This document shows positions 26,317 through 33,930 of a DNA stretch of 53,905 nt, in pieces. Position 1 is the first letter of the stretch. Each line of letters opens with the position of its first letter. Below the pieces are notes generated by a model, which saw nothing but the letters and a program-made list of their open reading frames with translations, was not told the origin of the DNA and did not search any database. This DNA is from a virus, in the IMG/VR virus record IMGVR_UViG_3300009964_000006, one strand, 5' to 3'. The position numbers and the translations under genes are program-made.

Positions 26317-27516
26317 CTATACTTTTAGAACGTAATCTAAAAGTTTTACATTAGCATCGTTTATGTGGCTAAAATCCTTTTTAATGTATAGTTCCGTTAT
26401 CTTCAATGATTGGTCAGTGTGGTTTAGCATATCATTCACTATATACTTGCTTATTTTCACGTCATTTACGGCAATCGTAGCCATAGAATGCCTGGCAGCA
26501 TAGAATTGTAGACGCTCAATGCCAATTTCTTTACCTATATCCTTTAGTCCAATGTTTATCGCACGGTTGAAACTCTCCATAGTTGCAAACCTCTCATAGA
26601 AGTTAAATACACGCTCTTTACCCTTGTATTTCTCAATTAGCGGTTTGATATAATCTGTTATTTTCACTTGTATTTCAGCCTTATCTCTCCGCCTATCTTT
26701 TGTTTTCATGCGGTCATATACTATTGTATTCCCATCGATTTCGGTGGCATTAAAGAGGTCAGCAGAGTTCATTCCCATAAGGCAGAATGAAAGACGAAAA
26801 CAATCTAATGCTAAATCATGACGGCTGGACTTTCCTTTTACCTTGATATTGTCATAGGGTAGGGCGAATATTCTCCGTATTGTTTCTACGTCTAATGCTC
26901 GTTTTTCAGCTATGTTCTGCTCTACTGGTTTATATCTGTCTAAGGAGTGCTTAATTCGGATAATATCATTATCTTCATCATTATAATACTCCCTTGCAGC
27001 GTTGAATATTGTTTTGATGCAGTTAGGGTATAGAGATTGCGCCCTTTGACGGTCTTTTAATGTGTTCTCAAAGGCTTTCATTGTCTTAACGTTGATTTCC
27101 TCACAGAGGATATTATCACGCCCTACAAAGGAACACAAAGCATTCAGAGCCGTTTTGTAGTTCTTTATGCCTTTAATGGTTGATTCCTCAATCCATTTTG
27201 CTGCAAATTCCGTGAATGATACCCCTTTATTTTCTTTCTTTTGTCGGATATAGGAAACGATGGTATCGATGTCTATGTCGTTAAATTCAAGGCTTAATTC
27301 GCTTAATCTATTCCTATATTCTTTTATTATATCATTGCACCTATCGAGTATATTTGCATTTTTTATCTTGAATGAAGCTGTAATATCCTTTTTAGTGATA
27401 TACATCGTGGTAGGAATGTATCTTGTTTTATTAGTGTGAGTAAACCGAATGTGTACACTCCACGTTTTATCGCTTCGCATTCGGTTTTTAAATATAGTTG
27501 GTTTGAAAGTTGCCAT
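26317..27516 (-). CDS. int: Tyrosine site-specific integrase (Bacteroides phage/CTn type)
   Basis: 399 aa from ATG 27516 (MATFKPTIFKNRMRSDKTWSVHIRFTH...). C-terminal catalytic-region pattern ...FYAARHSMATIA...LNHTD...YI. The track's extra 66 N-terminal codons read through the attP/tRNA fragment and are rejected. Confidence 0.85.
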   Translation of the reverse strand: MATFKPTIFKNRMRSDKTWSVHIRFTHTNKTRYIPTTMYITKKDITASFKIKNANILDRCNDIIKEYRNRLSELSLEFNDIDIDTIVSYIRQKKENKGVSFTEFAAKWIEESTIKGIKNYKTALNALCSFVGRDNILCEEINVKTMKAFENTLKDRQRAQSLYPNCIKTIFNAAREYYNDEDNDIIRIKHSLDRYKPVEQNIAEKRALDVETIRRIFALPYDNIKVKGKSSRHDLALDCFRLSFCLMGMNSADLFNATEIDGNTIVYDRMKTKDRRRDKAEIQVKITDYIKPLIEKYKGKERVFNFYERFATMESFNRAINIGLKDIGKEIGIERLQFYAARHSMATIAVNDVKISKYIVNDMLNHTDQSLKITELYIKKDFSHINDANVKLLDYVLKV

Positions 27517-27653
27517 ATCTGCTAAAAGTCTGCTAAATGTTTTTGTTATTACTTGTGAGGAATATATACTACTTGTAATATTCTTATATTGTAGAATTAG
27601 TGTATAAAAAAAGCGAAAATCCTTTTTTTTATTGGATTTCCGCTTGTTTTTTA

Positions 27654-27698
27654 TGGGGTGGAAGGTGGGACTCGAACCCACGACATTCAGAACCACAA
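27654..27698 (-). other. attP core: 45-nt copy of the 3' part of a tRNA-His(GTG) gene (anticodon loop to CCA)
   Basis: Minus strand reads TTGTGGTTCTGAATGTCGTGGGTTCGAGTCCCACCTTCCACCCCA, with T-arm GTGGG-TTCGAGT-CCCAC, acceptor 3' strand and CCA. No matching 5' half is present. It is flanked by the 10-bp inverted repeat TTCCGCTTGT / ACAAGCGGAA (27638..27647, 27695..27704) and lies 138 nt upstream of int. Confidence 0.75.
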
Positions 27699-27871
27699 GC
27701 GGAATATTTTGCACGTGTAATATGTTGATGTATAGCGATTTTGTTATTTGTTGCTTATGTTCTGTTAAATATATGCTAAAGTTTCTTTATGCAACCAATC
27801 CTTGTCCTCTAAAAGCATTCCTTTAAGTCCCTGCGCTTTCTTTGCACTAACTTTTTGTACTTCCCCATATT

Positions 27872-28558
27872 TTACACAATTCTTTGGCTGACTATTCGAA
27901 TAGCTTTCCACATTCCTCTTATCTCTGTACGACCTACTTCCATTTGCCCATATAATGGATTATCTGATTTTAAAGTAATAATGTTGTTGATAAATAAACT
28001 GTTTTTAAGAATCCGCTTTATAACGAACATTTTGCCATACACCACAAAAACCACGCCCGATAATTCCTCCCATCTTTCTTCGGGTATTCGCATTGCAAGG
28101 ACTTTTGCCTTGTCTGGGATTGTGGGAACCATACTTTCTCCTACAACTTTAAACACCACATATTCTCCACTATTCAAATCTTCTCCTTCTTCTTGCATTA
28201 CTCCGTACTTATCAACGTTATAGTGCTGGTCGTACATATTTTCTATGAACGTAGCAGCAGCATCAGCGTCCACTATCGGCACTTCTATCAATTCATCATT
28301 GATGTATGTCTTTATCGGCTGTGCATTGCTCGGTTCTGTAAGGAACATAGAACCTTCGCCATTTACAAGCCATTTATACGAAACATTAAGATTATCACAT
28401 ATAGCATTTATTAATTTCGGTGCTACATTCCTATCTCCGTTGAGTATTTTAGACAAATTAGACTGATTGAAATCAATCATCTTTGCAAACTTAGATGGAG
28501 ATACATTCTCGTGTTCAATGAGTATTTTAATCCTCATTACAATATTCTTATTCTCCAT
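27872..28558 (-). CDS. CI/LexA-like repressor (XRE HTH + S24 peptidase domain)
   Basis: N-terminal HTH (SPSKFAKMIDFNQSNLSKILNG). C-terminal S24 motifs GESMVPTI (Ser nucleophile) and FVIKRIL (Lys). Confidence 0.85.
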   Translation of the reverse strand: MENKNIVMRIKILIEHENVSPSKFAKMIDFNQSNLSKILNGDRNVAPKLINAICDNLNVSYKWLVNGEGSMFLTEPSNAQPIKTYINDELIEVPIVDADAAATFIENMYDQHYNVDKYGVMQEEGEDLNSGEYVVFKVVGESMVPTIPDKAKVLAMRIPEERWEELSGVVFVVYGKMFVIKRILKNSLFINNIITLKSDNPLYGQMEVGRTEIRGMWKAIRIVSQRIV

Positions 28559-28576
28559 GTTTAAATGTTTTTATTT

Positions 28577-28638
28577 GTTAAAAGAACTATTTTTGTCTTA
28601 CTATTCCTTGTTTAGTAAGTTCAAAAGAACTACCTTTG
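28577..28638 (+). promoter_or_regulatory. Promoter/operator module A: GTTAAAAGAACTATTT ... TTAGTAAGTTCAAAAGAACTACCTTTG
   Basis: Two AAAAGAACTA boxes (28577..28592, 28612..28638). The second ends in the -7 box TACCTTTG (28631..28638). Divergent from the repressor gene and duplicated at 29794..29854. Confidence 0.6.
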
Positions 28639-28644
28639 TAATCG

Positions 28645-28742
28645 CATTTGGTCAAGAAATGCGACTGACATCGCTAAATTTTCCTATTTTGGAGTTTAGA
28701 TATTTCACCTCTGTAAGGCTTGACCACTTGCAGAGGTTTTTG
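28645..28742 (+). ncRNA. Candidate small RNA of about 100 nt transcribed from promoter A
   Basis: Lies between the -7 box and a terminator. Hairpins CGCATTT/AAATGCG and CTAAA/TTTAG plus a terminator stem. The only ORF here (43 aa, MRLTSLNFPILEF...) runs through the terminator and looks non-coding. Confidence 0.35.
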
Positions 28743-28745
28743 TTT
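28707..28745 (+). terminator. Rho-independent terminator
   Basis: Stem ACCTCTG/CAGAGGT (28707..28713 / 28731..28737) followed by TTTTTGTTT. Confidence 0.65.
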
Positions 28746-29152
28746 ATATACAACCGACCTCTCTATTCCACGTTTGACGGCTAAATACACCTTGGCGTGG
28801 TCTTATTTACTTTCTCAAAAGGGTGCATGGAGAAAGACGCAGGACTTGAGTATGGATGCGTGCAGGCGGTGATAATACCGAAAAGCCATACGACACTTAC
28901 AGAGATTATTCCTTTGAAGTGTGCCGAGCGACCGACTGATAACGTTCAGCAGAGAAAAGGCAAGTCCCCGACACCAATCGTAAATAGTTGGTGGGTAAGG
29001 GGAAACTCTGCCTTACTCCCTCCCTCCTCCATTAGCAGTTTATTTATTATTATTATAGTTTTGGCGCAATTTTATTACGATTAGTATGAGAAAGAAAAGT
29101 ATAATCAATCCAATTCCGAAGGAGGCAGCTAATTATATGGCAAGTTTCTTAA

Positions 29153-29740
29153 CTAACTCTCTTCTCCAAGATTTGAAACGAGAGAGAGGACGTCGCTATA
29201 CTTATCAATATTGCCTATCCCATGAATGCCCAGGACAAGTTTCAATAAATCTTCTTTCCTTTTCTTGTTTACTTTTATTTTTGGCGGTTCTTTTATTGTT
29301 GATAATAGCATTTCTACAAGTGCATTACACTCTTTGTATTTAGCTATCTCGGAATATTTTAATATAGCATTTAGAGTATGGTTTATATACCAAAAACCAA
29401 GTCCAAATGGCTCGTTATGAGTAAGGAGATATGCGTATAAATATGCAAAATAGAACTCTAATGCAGCCGAGTCGGCAGTTGTGTTATTGTTTACACGCAA
29501 TATCAAATCACTCAGTACTGCTTCGTTTTTTGACAATTCCTCTTTTTTCTTGTTGAAGTCTATTACTGTGTATATATTCCATCCTATCAATATAGTAACG
29601 AGCAATGTCAATATAGCAACTATCACACCTATGTAGTCTAACCCACTTGTGCGAGGTAGCGACTTGCATAGCGATACAATGCTAAATGTGAACGAAAGTG
29701 CTATGGCGACATATAAAATACATCTTTCTGTTTTGCTCAT
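29153..29740 (-). CDS. Two-TM membrane protein with a helical C-terminal domain (lysogeny-region accessory gene; candidate superinfection-exclusion/Abi-type protein)
   Basis: Track ORF trimmed to ATG 29740 (MSKTERCILYVAIALSFTFSIVSLC...GVIVAILTLLVTILIGW...). Same orientation as the repressor and integrase. Confidence 0.6.
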   Translation of the reverse strand: MSKTERCILYVAIALSFTFSIVSLCKSLPRTSGLDYIGVIVAILTLLVTILIGWNIYTVIDFNKKKEELSKNEAVLSDLILRVNNNTTADSAALEFYFAYLYAYLLTHNEPFGLGFWYINHTLNAILKYSEIAKYKECNALVEMLLSTIKEPPKIKVNKKRKEDLLKLVLGIHGIGNIDKYSDVLSLVSNLGEES

Positions 29741-29793
29741 ATTCTTTATATAAGGTATATTTGTAAACAAACCTTTCTTAGTCTTAAATATTA

Positions 29794-29854
29794 GTTAAAA
29801 GAACTATTTATTTAGTTCAAAATTTGGTTAGTAAGTTCAAAAGAACTACCTTTG
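29794..29854 (+). promoter_or_regulatory. Promoter/operator module B (duplicate of A), candidate early promoter
   Basis: 16-nt (29794..29809) and 27-nt (29828..29854) blocks are identical to module A. -7 box TACCTTTG at 29847..29854, with an extra partial box AGTTCAAAA between them. Confidence 0.6.
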
Positions 29855-30236
29855 CAAACGTAAATATAACACGTAAAACTATTACGTTGCAAATATAAAC
29901 ATTTACTTGTTTTGATGCAAATATTTTCGGTGTTTTTTGACCTACTGAAACAAAATTTAAAGCTGAAAGGTGCTATGAGTAGCAGAGATGCCGTAATCTC
30001 ATAGTGGACTGAATAGGCGGCAATATATGTTAAATGAATATGTAGCGATAGTGCGTACAGTCCATTAAACGCAGTGAGTAAACTTTGGGTGGGCGTCAAA
30101 GGTCGCTAAGCTATATATACGATATAACCCCTACTGTACAAAAGGTACTGCAATCGAATTGGGTAGGGGTACTTTAATGTTTCATTATGGTGGTTCGATA
30201 CGACAAACCATAATTTCTATTTATTTCTTTTTTATT

Positions 30237-30527
30237 ATGAAAGATAAAATTTTAACAGATTTAGAAGAGCAAATAGTAGATGTAGTTTGCTCTTCTATAA
30301 CAAGTGGAGAAAATACTCTCTCTGAAGAAATTCAGAGAGAAGATGGTATTTATGTAGACATTAGGGGTTCTTATGAACTTTGCGAAGTCTACGACAAGGA
30401 CACTGATTATAATGATATTATAGGGGCTTCAGTGTCGTTAGACATCGAGGCTTTCGATAAAGATGAAAATAAAATAGAAATCAACACCTCTGCTATTGAG
30501 ATAGAGGTAGAAAAATATTTTGACTAA
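30237..30527 (+). CDS. Strongly acidic 96-aa early protein (candidate DNA-mimic/anti-restriction type)
   Basis: ATG 30237 (MKDKILTDLEEQIVD...). I count 27 D+E against 8 K+R. It is the first ORF of the early operon. Confidence 0.55.
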   Translation: MKDKILTDLEEQIVDVVCSSITSGENTLSEEIQREDGIYVDIRGSYELCEVYDKDTDYNDIIGASVSLDIEAFDKDENKIEINTSAIEIEVEKYFD

Positions 30528-30661
30528 TGATAATACAGATTCTTATGGCAGCAGGTGCGATAGCTTGCACAGCTGCCGTTGCCAAATTCATTTGGCAAGA
30601 AAAAAGTTGCATAAATGAAGTCTTTAAACAAATAAAAGAAGAAATATATGGAGAAAGATAA
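30527..30661 (+). CDS. Small membrane protein (44 aa)
   Basis: Hand-found ORF MIIQILMAAGAIACTAAVAKFIWQEKSC..., with TAATG overlap to the previous gene. Confidence 0.4.
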   Translation: MIIQILMAAGAIACTAAVAKFIWQEKSCINEVFKQIKEEIYGER

Positions 30662-30767
30662 ATCGATAATGGATATTCTTTCAGACTTGAAAAGATATCA
30701 AAAAGAAAACGAAAAACAAAAAAATAATTTCAGTGTATCGGATATCTTTGATACGCTAAAATTTTAA
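30648..30767 (+). CDS. Small hypothetical protein (39 aa)
   Basis: Hand-found ORF MEKDKSIMDILSDLKRYQKENEKQKNNFSVSDIFDTLKF. Confidence 0.3.
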   Translation: MEKDKSIMDILSDLKRYQKENEKQKNNFSVSDIFDTLKF

Positions 30768-30770
30768 AAG

Positions 30771-30995
30771 ATGGAAAAAATATTAAATAAAAAAGAATGG
30801 TCTTACAATGGATTATTCCAGCACGTAGGACGAAAGAATAAATTACACGTATCGTTGGAATTTTATTCTGCTTCAATGATAAGGAAAACGTGTTCGTATC
30901 AAAACAGGATTTGTGGTTGCGACCCTATGAATAACAAGTTTGCGACCACAGAAAAGGAAAAGGTAGGGTATATAACTATTATTCAAAGATATTAA
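30771..30995 (+). CDS. Hypothetical protein (74 aa)
   Basis: Track ORF in the tightly packed early operon. Confidence 0.5.
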   Translation: MEKILNKKEWSYNGLFQHVGRKNKLHVSLEFYSASMIRKTCSYQNRICGCDPMNNKFATTEKEKVGYITIIQRY

Positions 30996-30996
30996 T

Positions 30997-31203
30997 ATGG
31001 ACTTTATAGATGAGTTTGCAACACCGACCTACAAAGTAGGCGATGTTGTTTGGGGTTGTACTTTCACAGGCGAGGTTTGTCGAAGGTTTACAATTATCAA
31101 AATAGAAAATGGCTTTGCCAGTGATAACTTTGCCCGTAAATACAGGCTGCAATCCTTATTTAGGACAAAGGGCGAGTTAATACGGTACTTGTTCAATGCT
31201 TGA
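30997..31203 (+). CDS. Hypothetical protein (68 aa)
   Basis: Track ORF, 1 nt after the previous stop. Confidence 0.5.
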   Translation: MDFIDEFATPTYKVGDVVWGCTFTGEVCRRFTIIKIENGFASDNFARKYRLQSLFRTKGELIRYLFNA

Positions 31204-31516
31204 TATTATAGACATTGGAGGCATCATATCTGATTTTGTCCGTGTGGGTTATAACGCAGCCGTTAAAGACTATGACCCACCGCAAGATAGATTAAGGCTG
31301 TCAGAGGTAAAGAAATGGCTTAAATTCAGAAGGGTTGATTTTAAGACGTTTCAAGAATTAGAAAAACAAGGTTTAATCCATACTCGCAAAGGTAATGCGG
31401 TAAACTCTCCTTTATATTACTCAAAGGTAGAGATACAGAAAGCATTTGCGACTATGCGATTAAATCGATTAATAATAACTAAAGAACTAAGTGATTATGA
31501 AAGAAGAAAAGAATAA
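31196..31516 (+). CDS. Possible HTH_17/excisionase-like DNA-binding protein
   Basis: LSEVKKWLKFRRVDFKTFQELEKQGLIHTRKGNAVNSPLYYSKVEIQKAF resembles the MerR-like excisionase pattern. Weak call. Confidence 0.4.
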   Translation: MLDIIDIGGIISDFVRVGYNAAVKDYDPPQDRLRLSEVKKWLKFRRVDFKTFQELEKQGLIHTRKGNAVNSPLYYSKVEIQKAFATMRLNRLIITKELSDYERRKE

Positions 31517-32156
31517 TGACTTTATGGATAATCCTAATTTATCCATATTCAATAAGGTTCGCAAAGTACCTGATAATGCGTTAAAGCAGATAAACGCAGG
31601 TAGGTTAAAGGGTATGTCTGACGTTAATCCCGTATGGCGTATTCTTGCAATGACTGATACATTTGGCGTTTGCGGTGTTGGTTGGAAATACGAGATAACC
31701 AAGCAATGGACAGAAACATACGGCAACGAAATCAAAGGGTTTTGTAACATCAATCTGTTTATAAAGGTTGATGGCGAGTGGAGCGATGCTATCCCTGGCA
31801 CGGGTGGGGCTTCATTCGTGGCTATGGAAAGAAATGGCGCATACGTTTCTGACGAAGTATACAAGATGGCTCTAACTGATGCGCTTTCTGTTGCTATGAA
31901 ATCTATCGGTGTGGCTGCTGACATTTATTTCTCAAAAGGTGCAGACCTCGGCACAAAGTACGCTATTAATGAACAAGCGGCAAATGGAGCACTCCCTACA
32001 CAACCAACAGACCCTAACTTAGAATTAATTCTTGCTAACATCAAGGTAGCAGGGAATACAGATGAGTTAAAACGTATTTGGGACGAATGCTATGCGTACC
32101 AAAGTAACCCAATATTCAAAGGCGCAATGAGCGCACGCAAAAAAGAACTGAAATGA
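31497..32156 (+). CDS. Single-strand annealing protein (Rad52/Sak-like)
   Basis: ALKQINAGRLKGMSDVNPVWRILAMTDTFGVCGVGWKYEI resembles the Rad52-family core (.fG..GW). Followed by an exonuclease and an SSB. Confidence 0.55.
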   Translation: MKEEKNNDFMDNPNLSIFNKVRKVPDNALKQINAGRLKGMSDVNPVWRILAMTDTFGVCGVGWKYEITKQWTETYGNEIKGFCNINLFIKVDGEWSDAIPGTGGASFVAMERNGAYVSDEVYKMALTDALSVAMKSIGVAADIYFSKGADLGTKYAINEQAANGALPTQPTDPNLELILANIKVAGNTDELKRIWDECYAYQSNPIFKGAMSARKKELK

Positions 32157-33043
32157 TAAAATTAGTAGAGAGCCAAGTGGCATTCAATCAAGAAGAGCAC
32201 ACGTATTCACTGAATGGGATAGCATTAAAGGGGATAACTGGGATGATTAAGTCCCAGCTATTCCCCGACATGTACAAGGATATTCCGCAGTGGATTCTTG
32301 ACAGAGCCGCCGAACGTGGTACGATGGTGCATGAGAGTATCGAGTTGTTCGATGCAGGTTTTGAACCAAAGGACACCACTCCCGAGCTTGAGAGTTATAA
32401 GCGTATCAAGCGAGAGAATGAACTAACAACGCTTGCAAATGAGTATATCGTAACGGATAAGGAGCATTTTGCAAGCGCAATAGACCTCGTGTTATGCAAG
32501 GGTGAAGATATTTTCTTAACTGACATCAAGACCACTTATACGCTTGACAAAGAGTACGTGCGATGGCAGTTAAGCATATACGCCTATCTCTTTGAGTTGC
32601 AAAACCCCGAGTTAAAGGTAAGCAAGCTCTATGCGCTTTGGTTACGTGATGATAAGTCAGAGTTCGCAGAATTAAAACGTGTCGAATCCGACACCATTAA
32701 CGACTTACTGCAATGCGAGGTTGAGGGGCGCAAATTCAACACCCCAGCAGGCAGGGCGGACAGTATGCCGTCTGAAATCAAGCAGGCAGAAAAGGCGGTA
32801 TATACGCTCGTACAGCAGATAAAAGAGCTTAATGCACAGAAAGAGAAACTTTCAAAGGGACTATTAAAACTCATGCAAGATAACGAGGTGAAGACATACA
32901 AGGGTGAATACATCACGCTATCACGCAAGGCAGCAAGCACCCGTGAGGATATAGATAAGGCGAAGCTAAAAAAAGAATATCCCGAAGCGTATGCAGCTTG
33001 TATGAAGATAACAAATATTAAAGAATCATTACAAATAAGATAA
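32153..33043 (+). CDS. PD-(D/E)xK exonuclease (RecB/Cas4-like)
   Basis: Motifs GTMVHESIE, AIDLVL and FLTDIKTTYTL (D...D-x-K); coupled to the annealase gene. Confidence 0.65.
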   Translation: MIKLVESQVAFNQEEHTYSLNGIALKGITGMIKSQLFPDMYKDIPQWILDRAAERGTMVHESIELFDAGFEPKDTTPELESYKRIKRENELTTLANEYIVTDKEHFASAIDLVLCKGEDIFLTDIKTTYTLDKEYVRWQLSIYAYLFELQNPELKVSKLYALWLRDDKSEFAELKRVESDTINDLLQCEVEGRKFNTPAGRADSMPSEIKQAEKAVYTLVQQIKELNAQKEKLSKGLLKLMQDNEVKTYKGEYITLSRKAASTREDIDKAKLKKEYPEAYAACMKITNIKESLQIR

Positions 33044-33047
33044 GACA

Positions 33048-33440
33048 ATGGCAAATACTAAGTCAGGTGTAGTCCTCGCAGTGGGGCAGCCACAACAATT
33101 AAAATCAAAAGAGGGGAAAGTCTTTAACAAACGCTCACTTTACGTGGACTGTACGACTTTTGACCCATATACAGGGCAACGCTCTCAATACGAGAACAAA
33201 ATCCTTTTTGATTTTATGGAGAGTAAAACGTCTTTACTTGATAATATCCAAGTAGGGCAGGTTGTTACTGTTTATTTTGACTTGCAGGGTACAGAACTTA
33301 CAGAGCAAGATGGACGAAAGAAGTTCTATACACACGTCCGCCCTTATAAGATAGATGTTAGGCAGGTTCAGCCATCAAATCAACAACCGCAGCAGCCTAC
33401 CTATCAACCTCCACAAGTAGAAGATGATACCCCATTCTAA
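33048..33440 (+). CDS. ssb: Single-stranded DNA-binding protein (DUF3127-like OB fold with an SSB C-terminal tip)
   Basis: Gln/Pro-rich linker ending in EDDTPF, the canonical acidic SSB tail. Confidence 0.65.
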   Translation: MANTKSGVVLAVGQPQQLKSKEGKVFNKRSLYVDCTTFDPYTGQRSQYENKILFDFMESKTSLLDNIQVGQVVTVYFDLQGTELTEQDGRKKFYTHVRPYKIDVRQVQPSNQQPQQPTYQPPQVEDDTPF

Positions 33441-33877
33441 TGATTTATAACACATCCAACCCACTCGATAAGGCTAACTTCCTACTTCGTACTAAGAAGT
33501 TAGCCGAGAGTGGAAAAATAGTAGAACTGACCGAGAAAAAGCCAAGAAGAAGTTTACCACAGAATAAGTATTTGCACGTTATCCTTGCTTATTTTGGTAC
33601 GCAGACAGGTAATACACTTGAATGGGTTAAGCAGCAGTATTATAAGAAACTTGTAAACCCTGACTTGTTTATCCGTGAAAAGGAAGATAAGTACTTAGGT
33701 AAGATAAAAGTGCTTAGAAGCAGTGCCGACCTCGATACGGCAGAAATGAGTTTGTCAATAGAAAGGTTTAGGAATTGGGCTGCGCAAGAAGCTGGCATAT
33801 ACATACCATCGGCAGATGAAGCAATACTCATTCAGCAGATGGAGATAGAAATAGAAAGGAGTAAGGAATTTTTGTAA
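33440..33877 (+). CDS. NinB/Orf-like recombination mediator
   Basis: PRRSLPQNKYLHVILAYFG parallels the lambda NinB RSLDQNRKLWACLG motif. Confidence 0.5.
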   Translation: MIYNTSNPLDKANFLLRTKKLAESGKIVELTEKKPRRSLPQNKYLHVILAYFGTQTGNTLEWVKQQYYKKLVNPDLFIREKEDKYLGKIKVLRSSADLDTAEMSLSIERFRNWAAQEAGIYIPSADEAILIQQMEIEIERSKEFL

Positions 33878-33930
33878 CTCATCTTAATATGTTTTAATAG
33901 TTTAGAACGTGGGGAAGCGTCCCCACACTT

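Noticed and set aside
27517-27714. 66-codon N-terminal extension of the integrase ORF in the track (start 27714)
   Set aside because: The extension reads through the tRNA-His-like attP core and an A/T-rich spacer. The ATG at 27516 gives a typical integrase N-terminus (MATFKPTIFKNR...).
28467-29084. Plus-strand ORFs 28467..28784 and 28797..29084 in the immunity-region cassette
   Set aside because: The first begins antisense inside the repressor gene and runs through the promoter module and an intrinsic terminator. The second has an odd composition and a hydrophobic AT-rich tail read from the spacer. The region is treated as non-coding or structured instead.
29812-30099. 95-aa minus-strand ORF in the early leader
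   Set aside because: It is antisense to promoter module B and the structured leader, its sequence is not protein-like, and it has no upstream promoter box.
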